From positions 9,362,001-9,426,000 of the forward strand of contig CATNEN010000039.1 in assembly GCA_950097015.1 (NCBI GenBank): a DNA stretch of 64,000 nucleotides, given 5' to 3'. Each line of letters begins with the position of its first letter. The stretch's first letter is position 1. The stretch is from Macrostomum hystrix. Taxonomy: Eukaryota > Animalia > Platyhelminthes. A program made the position numbers and the translations under genes. This document shows, in pieces, positions 36,001-48,000 of the stretch. A model generated the notes under the pieces. That model saw nothing but the letters and a program-made list of their open reading frames with translations. It ran no database searches and was not told where the DNA came from.

Positions 36001-39000
36001 CTTTGACGCACGAGATTTCTCATCAACGCTCTCTGAGACTGCCGACTCTTGAATCTTGCTGACCTCGTCTTCAACACGATGCTGTTCCTCCGTTGGCTTC
36101 CTGACTTCACGAGCTTTGTCTGACAGCAGCTCGATGTCTTTGCCTTCCGGCTTTAGCTGCTCAGTTCTCTGCTCAGATGGTCGCGATTCCACAGCTCGCG
36201 TCTCGGATGCAGAAATCGCTTGCTCCTTTGCGACAGAGCTTGGTTCCTCATGGCTTGGAGTCTGCAGCTGAACAGCCAACACGCGAGTCTCCGAGTCGAC
36301 AACCACAGTCGACTCGTCAGCTTCTTTGGGCTGCTCGACCGGTGCCTCAGTCGTTCTTGCAGGGCTTTCAAGCAGCTCATCTTGCGTTGACGGCTCCGAC
36401 AATGACTCGGCCTTTGACGCACGAGATTTCTCATCAACGCTCTCTGAGACTGCCGACTCTTGAATCTTGCTGACCTCGTCTTCAACACGATGCTGGTCCT
36501 CCGTTGGCTTCTTGACTTCACGAGCTTCGTCTGACAGCAGCTCGATGTCTTTGCCTTCTGGCTTCAGCTGCTCAGTTCTCTGCTCAGATGGTCGCGATTC
36601 CACAGCTCGCGTCTCGGATGCAGAAATCGCTTGCTCCTTTGCGACAGAGCTTGGTTCCTCATGGCTTGGAGTCTGCAGCTGAACAGCCAACACGCGAGTC
36701 TCCGAGTCGACAACCACAGTCGACTCGTCAGCTTCTTTGGGCTGCTCGACCGGTGCCTCAGTCGTTCTTGCAGGGCTTTCAAGCAGCTCATCTTGCGTTG
36801 ACGGCTCCGACAATGACTCGGCCTTTGACGCACGAGATTTCTCATCAACGCTCTCTGAGACTGCCGACTCTTGAATCTTGCTGACCTCGTCTTCAACACG
36901 ATGCTGTTCCTCCGTTGGCTTCTTGACTTCACGAGCTTCGTCTGACAGCAGCTCGATGTCTTTGCCTTCCGGCTTCAGCTGCTCAGTTCTCTGCTCAGAT
37001 GGTAGCGATTCCACAGCTCGCGTCTCGGATGCAGAAATCGCTTGCTCCTTTGCGACAGAGCTTGGTTCCTCATGGCTTGGAGTCTGCAGCTGAACAGCCA
37101 ACACGCGAGTCTCCGAGTCGACAACCACAGTCGACTCGTCAGCTTCTTTGGCCTGCTCGACCGGTGCCTCAGTCGTTCTTGCAGGGCTTCCAAGCTGCTC
37201 ATCCTGCGTTGACGGCTCCGACACTGACTCGACCTTTGACGCACGAGATTTCTCATCAACGCTCTCTGAGACTGCCGACTCTTGAATCTTGCTGACCTCG
37301 TCTTCAACACGATGCTGTTCCTCCGTTGGCTTCTTGACTTCACGAGCTTCGTCTGACAGCAGCTCGATGTCTTTGCCTTCCGGCTTCAGCTGCTCAGTTC
37401 TCTGCTCAGATGGTCGCGATTCCACAGCTCGCGTCTCGGATGCAGAAATCGCTTGCTCCTTTGCGACAGAGCTTGGTTCCTCATGGCTTGGAGTCTGCAG
37501 CTGAACAGCCAACACGCGAGTCTCCGAGTCGACAACCACAGTCGACTCGTCAGCTTCTTTGGGCTGCTCGACCGGTGCCTCAGTCGTCTTAGCTGGGCTT
37601 TCAAGCAGCTCATCCTGCGTTGACGGCTCCGACACTGACTCGACCTTTGACTCACGAGATTTCTCATCAACGCTCTCTGAGACTGCCGACTCTTGATTCT
37701 TGCTGACCTCGTCTTCAACACGATGCTGTTCCTCCGTTGGCTTCTTGACTTCACGAGCTTCGTCTGACAGTAGCTCGATGTCTTTGCCTTCCGGCTTCAG
37801 CTGCTCAGTTCTCTGCTCAGATGGTCGCGATTCCACAGCTCGCGTCTCGGATGCAGAAATCGCTTGCTCCTTTGCGACAGAGCTTGGTTCCTCATGGCTT
37901 GGAGTCTGCAGCTGAACAGCCAACACGCGAGTCTCCGAGTCGACAACCACAGACGACTGCTTGTCGTCAGCTTCTTTGGCCTGCTCGACCGGTGCCTCAG
38001 TCGTTCTTGCAGGGCTTTCAAGCTGCTCATCCTGCGTTGACGGCTCCGACAATGACTCGACCTTTGACGCACGAGATTTCTCATCAACGCTCTCTGAGAC
38101 TGCCGACTCTTGAATCTTGCTGACCTCGTCTTCAACACGATGCTGTTCCTCCGTTGGCTTCTTGACTTCACGAGCTTCGTCTGACAGCAGCTCGATGTCT
38201 TTGCCTTCCGGCTTCAGCTGCTCAGTTCTCTGCTCAAATGGTCGCGATTCCACAGCTCGCGTCTCGGATGCAGAAATCGCTTGCTCCTTTGCGACAGAGC
38301 TTAGTTCCTCATGGCTTGGAGTCTGCAGCTGAACAGCCAACACGCGAGTCTCCGAGTCGACAACCACAGACGACTGCTTGTCGTCAGCTTCTTTGGCCTG
38401 CTCGACCGGTGCCTCAGTCGTTCTTGCAGGGCTTTCAAGCTGCTCATCCTGCGTTGACGGCTCCGACAATGACTTGACCTTTGACGCACGAGATTTCTCA
38501 TCAACGCTCTCTGAGACTGCCGACTCTTGAATCTTGCTGACCTCGTCTTCAACACGATGCTGTTCCTCCGTTGGCTTCTTGACTTCACGAGCTTCGTCTG
38601 ACAGCAGCTCGATGTCTTTGCCTTCCGGCTTCAGCTGCTCAGTTCTCTGCTCAAATGGTCGCGATTCCACAGCTCGCGTCTCGGATGCAGAAATCGCTTG
38701 CTCCTTTGCGACAGAGCTTGGTTCCTCATGGCTTGGAGTCTGCAGCTGAACAGCCAACACGCGAGTCTCCGAGTCGACAACCACAGACGACTGCTTGTCG
38801 TCAGCTTCTTTGGCCTGCTCGACCGGTGCCTTAGTCGTTCTTGCAGGGCTTCCAAGCTGCTCATCCTGCGTTGACGGCTCCGACAATGACTCGACCTTTG
38901 ACGCACGAGATTTCTCATCAACGCTCTCTGAGACTGCCGACTCTTGAATCTTGCTGACCTCGTCTTCAACACGATGCTGGTCCTCCGTTGGCTTCTTGAC

Positions 39001-42000
39001 TTCACGAGCTTCGTCTGACAGCAGCTCGATGTCTTTGCCTTCCGGCTTCAGCTGCTCAGTTCTCTGCTCAGATGGTCGCGATTCCACAGCTCGCGTCTCG
39101 GATGCAGAAATCGCTTGCTCCTTTGCGACAGAGCTTGGTTCCTCATGGCTTGGAGTCTGCAGCTGAACAGCCAACACGCGAGTCTCCGAGTCGACAACCA
39201 CAGGCGACTGCCTGCGGTCATCGCCTTGGGTTTGTTCTTTGTGACTTCCGCTGGCATGTGTATAATGTGATTCAGTATTTTCTCGTTTGTTTTTTAGCTG
39301 CTGGAATTCTTTTGCCGGTTCGGATACGGATTTGGCTTGAGAGGTATTGGGCTGCGAATCAATGGAAAATATTCCCGTAGCAAAAGCGAGTGCTATTTTT
39401 TCCGTAATTGTTTTTGGAAGACTGATAAGGCTGAAGTTTTGCGGTGAAGAGGAAGATGGCAGATTAGTATTGAAAGGAGGTATCGAATCGGGATTGGAGT
39501 ATTCCTGTGTCATTTGGTCAATATGTTTATGCGATGTTAGCTGAATGGACTTCGTGTTAGAGTCAGTTGATATTTGCATTTTCTGTATAAATCAAACGAA
39601 AAAGTAGAAAAATAATAATTACTGTATGCAAATTTATTTCGCAATACACGATGTTAAAAGCTACTTTACTTTCCTAAATTTTATATGTTACGTGTTAGGC
39701 GAGAACACTGAATAATTAGAAAATGTGAGTTAAGCGCGACACCTTATTATCGGATTTAGAAGATACTTATACTTTTAAATCTACAAACCTGGTTTCCAAA
39801 TCCAAACAGACTGTATTGTTCGGCTTCCACTGTCTGACTATTCGAATCGCGGCTTGCACTGCGACTCAAATGCCCACGGATTAAAGAGATAGAACCTTGC
39901 TCTGAGATTGTCATCGGTAGCGTTTTTTCAGGCATCGCGAATTTTTTTGCGTCTTTGTCATCACTTGAGTGCTGTTTAGAGCCGGTCTTTTTAGATGGGA
40001 TCGAACTTTCGGATTCAAAAATAGGGTCTTGCTGCTTGACTGGGCCATCATCAAAGAAGGAAACTTTGAACGGACTTAAAAATGCATTCAAGTTTGAATT
40101 CTGCTGCTCGTTAAGATTGCTAGGCTGCGCTGAAAATTGAGTAGACTCAGTAGGTATAGTCGATACTTTTTCACTTTTGCTTGTGATTTTATAGACGAAC
40201 TCACTTTGAGAAGGGCTGTCTGATTTGAAAAATTCTAGCCGTTGTTTGCTAATATTATCGACGTCAATTTTCTGCAGGCAGATCAAATCAGGACTGGCCT
40301 CAGTTGGTCGTTCGGGATGAACGCATTGTGATACTATTTTAGCAGCTGGTTCAGTCTGTTCTGTAGACCCATTTGTCGAATCAGTCGTAGCAGCAGGCCC
40401 AGCGTTCAACGTGCTTGACAATTCAGTTTTAACTAGACTATCTTGTTCTGCCAAGGGTTCGTTTGAGCCTGTTTTGCAGACTGAATTAAATACTCTACTT
40501 TCGGGGCTGTTAGCTACTTCTTCTGGAGAATCTCGTTGAGCTGTTGTTCTATTCTCTTCTGTAGCAGCGGAGTTCGAAGCTTCCAACGAAGGGCTCGATA
40601 AGTCTACTCTGACAAGACTGGTTGGTTCTGAAAAACGTTCGTTCGAGACTGCCTGTACAATTGGTATCGATGTTCCGCTCTGGGAAGAATCAGTAACATT
40701 TTCTGGAGAAACGAGTTCCGATGTTGTCTCCTTATTTTCTGCAGCCCTAGAGTTTGAAGCTTCTGGCAAAGTGCTTAAAGAACTAATCATATCAGGACTG
40801 TCTGGTTCTGAAAAACGTTCGTTCGAGACTGCTTGTACAATTGGTATCGATGTTCCGCTCTGCGAAGACACAGTAACATTTTCTGGAGAAACGAGTTCCG
40901 ATGTTGTCTCCTTATTTTCTGCAGCCCTAGAGTTTGAAGCTTCTGGCAAAGTGCTTAAAGAACTAATCATATCAGGACTGTCTGGTTCTGAAAAACGTTC
41001 GTTCGAGACTGCCTGTACAATTGGTATCGATGTTCCGCTCTGGGAAGAATCAGTAACCTTTTCTGGAGAAACGAGTTCCGATGTTGTCTCCTTATTTTCT
41101 GCAGCCCTAGAGTTTGAAGCTTCTGGCAAAGTGCTTAAAGAACTAATCATATCAGGACTGTCTGGTTCTGAAAAACGTTCGTTCGAGACTGCTTGTACAA
41201 TTGGTATCGATGTTCCGCTCTGCGAAGACACAGTAACATTTTCTGGAGAAACGAGTTCCGATGTTGTCTCCTTATTTTCTGCAGCCCTAGAGTTTGAAGC
41301 TTCTGGCAAAGTGCTTAAAGAACTAATCATATCAGGACTGTCTGGTTCTGAAAAACGTTCGTTCGAGACTGCTTGTACAATTGGTATCGATGTTCCGCTC
41401 TGCGAAGACACAGTAACATTTTCTGGAGAAACGAGTTCCGATGTTGTCTCCTTATTTTCTGCAGCCCTAGAGTTTGAAGCTTCTGGCAAAGTGCTTAAAG
41501 AACTAATCATATCAGGACTGTCTGGTTCTGAAAAACGTTCGTTCGAGACTGCTTGTACAATTGGCATCGATGTTCCGCTCTGCGAAGACACAGTAACATT
41601 TTCTGCAGAAACGAGTTCTGATGTCGTCTCCTTATTTTCTGCAGCCCTAGAGTTTGAAGCTTCTGGCAAAGTGCTTAAAGAACTAATCATATCAGGACTG
41701 TCTGGTTCTGAAAAACGTTCGTTCGAGACTGCTTGTACAATTGGTATCGATGTTCCGCTCTGCGAAGACACAGTAACATTTTCTGGAGAAACGAGTTCCG
41801 ATGTTGTCTCCTTATTTTCTGCAGCCCTAGAGTTTGAAGCTTCTGGCAAAGTGCTTAAAGAACTAATCCTATCAGGACTGCCTGGTTCTGAAAAATATTC
41901 GCTTGAGACTGCCTGTACAATTGGTATCGATGTTCCGCTCTGGGAAGACACAGTAACATTTTCTGGAGAAACGAGTTCCGATGTTGTCTCCTTATTTTCT

Positions 42001-45000
42001 GCAGCCCTAGAGTTTGAAGCTTCTGGCAAAGTGCTTAAAGAACTAATCATATCAGGACTGTCTGGTTCTGAAAAACGTTCGTTCGAGACTGCTTGTACAA
42101 TTGGTATCGATGTTCCGCTCTGCGAAGACACAGTAACATTTTCTGCAGAAACGAGTTCTGATGTCGTCTCCTTATTTTCTGCAGCCCTAGAGTTTGAAGC
42201 TTCTGGCAAAGTGCTTAAATAACTAATCCTATCAGGACTGTCTGGTTCTGAAAAATATTCGCTTGAGACTTCCGCAGTATTTGGGTTCGATGCTTCAGTC
42301 TTGGTAGATTTAGGAACTTTCTGTTCTGGAAAAGCGGGCTGGGCCATGGCTTCGGTCTTTCTTGTAGCCTCAGAGTTTGGAGCTTCTGGTACAGTGCTTG
42401 AAGAATCTATTTCAACTGGACGGTTTGGTTCTAATAAACTTTCGTTCGTAATTGTTTTAGCTATTGGTTTAGATGTCTCATCCCCAAAATACTTATTAAA
42501 TTCTTTTGGATAAACTAGCTGAGATGTTCTTTTACTTTCTTCTGTTGCTCCATAGTTAGAAGCGTTCGGCAAAGTGCTTGATGAATTATCCATAAAAAGA
42601 CTGTTTGCCTCTGAAAAAAGTTCAATTGAGACTGCTTTGGCTATTGGTGTCGACGCTTCATTCTGGGAAGACATAGAATTTTTTTCTGGAGAAACAATAC
42701 TAGAAGCTGTTTCTGTCTGATCCGTAGCTGAAAATGTCGCCGGTTCTGGCAAAGTGCTTGACAAATCCACTCTAACTAAACTATCTCGTTCCTGAAATTT
42801 TTTATTTGACCCTACTTCCTTCACTGAACTTAACGCTTTAGTCTCGGTAGACTTAAAAAATTCGTCTGGAGGACCGAGTTCTGCAGGATCGAGTTGAGTA
42901 GAGAAGTTTGAAAGGTTTACATCATCATTGGAGCCGGCTGCATCAAGGTTTGGTGCAACACGAGTCCTGCTCTGAATATCAGAACATGTTATTTCATTAT
43001 TGAGGTTGTCAATTGGTTCACGTCTATCTGGAGCATCTCTACACTGTGGATTCTCACTTTCATTTGTAGTATTTGAACTCAAAATGGCGACTGGTATTTG
43101 ATGCCTTTCGTCATAATCAGATGGATTTTGTGGTCCAGTGTCTTCTTTCTCATTAGAAATCACACTCTTTGTTGTATCTTCATCAGAAAAAACATTTTCT
43201 TTCTTTTTATCCGTTGGCATACTTGTTCTCGCCAAGTTGTTTCTTAAGTGGACCTCCGCATGTTGCGCCGCGTCTTGTGTAGACAAATCCTCTAGAGTTG
43301 ATCCCTCTAGACCTACGGCACCAGTAGCAACATAAGGGCTACTGACATCAATATTGACGCCTGAAATTTCATTATCACATTGCTCTGTATCACCCAGGGC
43401 GCGACTGTCGGCTTCACCTTCCAGTGGTGATACCTGAGAAATATCGGTGCATATATTAAGTTCCTTGCCAGAGGATTTTGAACTTGCAATATCGCAGAGA
43501 TTAGCAACAATCTGCTTTGAAATTTCGCCATTATCAGTTAGCACTTGAATCTGAGACTTTATCAAGCCTGCATCAAGATATTGCTCCTGAGAAGGCGTTG
43601 ACCCTTGAATTACTAATTTGTCTGCATCATTGGAACACGGTAAAATTGAATGACTCTCCGACTGAGCATCAACAGAGTTGCCACTAACGTCACGCTGAGC
43701 ATTTGAGTCTGACAAGCAAGCCGCGATGTCTGAGTCAGTGAACTGCACATAGGGCTAAATTGAAAATGAATATATATTTCATTTATAAAAACGGCAAATT
43801 AACTCTCTATTTACAATTTATTAGGTAAAAATGTGAATAATTTTAATTTCAATACAGTCTAGCTCGTAGTTATTATTAAAATATTAGATATAGTATAGGT
43901 CAGAATACTCATCGTGCCAATTTAAACCTAACTATTATAGTTACATCGAACAGAATTATAACGACTTCAAACTGCATCCAGTGCACTTTTTAACAACAGA
44001 ACCAAGTGTCATGTTTAAATAATTACAATGGTTTAGCCCGAAACAAGTACCCGTCAAGGCACTGGATATTACTTTCTAGAGCACATTTCATTTCGACTTA
44101 TCAGATTTTTTCATTTATACATTTCTAGTACTAGATTTGTTACAGCTAGTGCTAATATAATGGCTCTAAATAATTATGAAGTCAGTAAAGCACTCACCAT
44201 GTCAAGCTGACTAGCAGGCCCGCCGACAGTATATTCGTCAGAAGCTCTGATCACGTGGGGACCTGCCTCAGACTCAAATTCTAAAATTACAAGCAAATCA
44301 CTGATGCATAGACATCAAATGCTCGTAGCTGAGAAAAAAAGCAAAAAACAAGCAAAAATGTAACAGGTTACCATTCCTCGGCTGTGAAGAAAATGTATTT
44401 CCAGAGATTGGATCCACAACCGAAGAAGTTTCCTCCGTTCTCGGATCCGGAATCGACGCATCCTTCACTGTGCCACTCTTTGTGTCCAGAGAGTTGCTCA
44501 TGTCGTCAAACGGCGGTTTGGATGCCTCCTTCAGTTTCTGAGCTTCGTCCTCTGATAAGAGACCGCGTCGTGCTGCTTCGTCGATGGACATCTGTTCTCC
44601 GGTTCTGGGATCAGTGACAAGACCGCTCTTCTTGTCCAGCGACTTGTTCAGGTCCTCGAACGACGGCTGAACTTTTCTTCGAAGTCGATCAGCCTCGTCT
44701 TCTGACAACAGTCCGCGACGAACGGCTTCGTCGAGGGAGATCTGCTCTCCAGTTCTGGGATCGGTCACTGTGCCACTCTTTGTGTCCAGAGAGTTGCTCA
44801 TGTCGTCAAACGGCGGTTTGGATGCCTCCTTCAGTTTCTGAGCTTCGTCCTCTGATAAGAGACCGCGTCGTGCTGCTTCGTCGATAGACATCTGTTCTCC
44901 GGTTCTGGGATCAGTGACAAGACCGCTCTTCTTGTCCAGCGACTTGTTCAGGTCCTCGAACGACGGCTGAACTTTTCTTCGAAGTCGATCAGCCTCGTCT

Positions 45001-48000
45001 TCTGACAACAGTCCGCGACGAACGGCTTCGTCGAGGGAGATCTGCTCTCCAGTTCTGGGATCGGTCACTGTGCCACTCTTTGTGTCCAGAGAGTTGCTCA
45101 TGTCGTCAAACGGCGGTTTGGATGCCTCCTTCAGTTTCTGAGCTTCGTCCTCTGATAAGAGACCGCGTCGTGCTGCTTCGTCGATAGACATCTGTTCTCC
45201 GGTTCTGGGATCAGTGACAAGACCGCTCCTCTTGTCCAGCGACTTGTTCAGGTCCTCGAACGACGGCTGAACTTTTCTTCGAAGTCGATCAGCCTCGTCT
45301 TCTGACAACAGTCCGCGACGAACGGCTTCGTCGAGGGAGATCTGCTCTCCAGTTCTGGGATCGGTCACTGTGCCACTCTTTGTGTCCAGAGAGTTGCTCA
45401 TGTCGTCAAACGGCGGTTTGGATGCCTCCTTCAGTTTCTGAGCTTCGTCCTCTGATAAGAGACCGCGTCGTGCTGCTTCGTCGATAGACATCTGTTCTCC
45501 GGTTCTGGGATCAGTGACAAGACCGCTCCTCTTGTCCAGCGACTTGTTCAGGTCCTCGAACGACGGCTGAACTTTTCTTCGAAGTCGATCAGCCTCGTCT
45601 TCTGACAACAGTCCGCGACGAACGGCTTCGTCGAGGGAGATCTGCTCTCCAGTTCTGGGATCGGTCACTGTGCCACTCTTTGTGTCCAGAGAGTTGCTCA
45701 TGTCGTCAAACGGCGGTTTGGATGCCTCCTTCAGTTTCTGAGCTTCGTCCTCTGATAAGAGACCGCGTCGTGCTGCTTCGTCGATAGACATCTGTTCTCC
45801 GGTTCTGGGATCAGTGACAAGACCGCTCTTCTTGTCCAGCGACTTGTTCAGGTCCTCGAACGACGGCTGAACTTTTCTTCGAAGTCGATCAGCCTCGTCT
45901 TCTGACAACAGTCCGCGACGAACGGCTTCGTCGAGGGAGATCTGCTCTCCAGTTCTGGGATCGGTCACTGTGCCACTCTTTGTGTCCAGAGAGTTGCTCA
46001 TGTCGTCAAACGGCGGTTTGGATGCCTCCTTCAGTTTCTGAGCTTCGTCCTCTGATAAGAGACCGCGTCGTGCTGCTTCGTCGATAGACATCTGTTCTCC
46101 GGTTCTGGGATCAGTGACAAGACCGCTCTTCTTGTCCAGCGACTTGTTCAGGTCCTCGAACGACGGCTGAACTTTTCTTCGAAGTCGATCAGCCTCGTCT
46201 TCTGACAACAGTCCGCGACGAACGGCTTCGTCGAGGGAGATCTGCTCTCCAGTTCTGGGATCGGTCACTGTGCCACTCTTTGTGTCCAGAGAGTTGCTCA
46301 TGTCGTCAAACGGCGGTTTGGATGCCTCCTTCAGTTTCTGAGCTTCGTCCTCTGATAAGAGACCGCGTCGTGCTGCTTCGTCGATAGACATCTGTTCTCC
46401 GGTTCTGGGATCAGTGACAAGACCGCTCTTCTTGTCCAGCGACTTGTTCAGGTCCTCGAACGACGGCTGAACTTTTCTTCGAAGTCGATCAGCCTCGTCT
46501 TCTGACAACAGTCCGCGACGAACGGCTTCGTCGAGGGAGATCTGCTCTCCAGTTCTGGGATCGGTCACTGTGCCACTCTTTGTGTCCAGAGAGTTGCTCA
46601 TGTCGTCAAACGGCGGTTTGGATGCCTCCTTCAGTTTCTGAGCTTCGTCCTCTGATAAGAGACCGCGTCGTGCTGCTTCGTCGATAGACATCTGTTCTCC
46701 GGTTCTGGGATCAGTGACAAGACCGCTCTTCTTGTCCAGCGACTTGTTCAGGTCCTCGAACGACGGCTGAACTTTTCTTCGAAGTCGATCAGCCTCGTCT
46801 TCTGACAACAGTCCGCGACGAACGGCTTCGTCGAGGGAGATCTGCTCTCCAGTTCTGGGATCGGTCACTGTGCCACTCTTTGTGTCCAGAGAGTTGCTCA
46901 TGTCGTCAAACGGCGGTTTGGATGCCTCCTTCAGTTTCTGAGCTTCGTCCTCTGATAAGAGACCGCGTCGTGCTGCTTCGTCGATAGACATCTGTTCTCC
47001 GGTTCTGGGATCAGTGACAAGACCGCTCTTCTTGTCCAGCGACTTGTTCAGGTCCTCGAACGACGGCTGAACTTTTCTTCGAAGTCGATCAGCCTCGTCT
47101 TCTGACAACAGTCCGCGACGAACGGCTTCGTCGAGGGAGATCTGCTCTCCAGTTCTGGTATCGGTCACTGTGCCACTCTTTGTGTCCAGAGAGTTGCTCA
47201 TGTCGTCAAACGGCGGTTTGGATGCCTCCTTCAGTTTCTGAGCTTCGTCCTCTGATAAGAGACCGCGTCGTGCTGCTTCGTCGATAGACATCTGTTCTCC
47301 GGTTCTGGGATCAGTGACAAGACCGCTCTTCTTGTCCAGCGACTTGTTCAGGTCCTCGAACGACGGCTGAACTTTTCTTCGAAGTCGATCAGCCTCGTCT
47401 TCTGACAACAGTCCGCGACGAACGGCTTCGTCGAGGGAGATCTGCTCTCCAGTTCTGGTATCGGTCACTGTGCCACTCTTTGTGTCCAGAGAGTTGCTCA
47501 TGTCGTCAAACGGCGGTTTGGATGCCTCCTTCAGTTTCTGAGCTTCGTCCTCTGATAAGAGACCGCGTCGTGCTGCTTCGTCGATAGACATCTGTTCTCC
47601 GGTTCTGGGATCAGTGACAAGACCGCTCTTCTTGTCCAGCGACTTGTTCATGTCCTCGAACGACGGCTGAACTTTTCTTCGAAGTCGATCAGCCTCGTCT
47701 TCTGACAACAGTCCGCGACGAACGGCTTCGTCGAGGGAGATCTGCTCTCCAGTTCTGGGATCGGTCACTGTGCCACTCTTTGTGTCCAGAGAGTTGCTCA
47801 TGTCGTCAAACGGCGGTTTGGATGCCTCCTTCAGTTTCTGAGCTTCGTCCTCTGATAAGAGACCGCGTCGTGCTGCTTCGTCGATAGACATCTGTTCTCC
47901 GGTTCTGGGATCAGTGACAAGACCGCTCTTCTTGTCCAGCGACTTGTTCAGGTCCTCGAACGACGGCTGAACTTTTCTTCGAAGTCGATCAGCCTCGTCT

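Noticed and set aside
26321-39380. Dozens of repeated 71-124 aa ORFs on both strands
   Set aside because: Shadow frames of the 411-bp coding repeat; only one frame stays open across units.
40771-42222. 483-aa antisense ORF
   Set aside because: Confined to the homogenised 180-bp array; antisense shadow of exon B.
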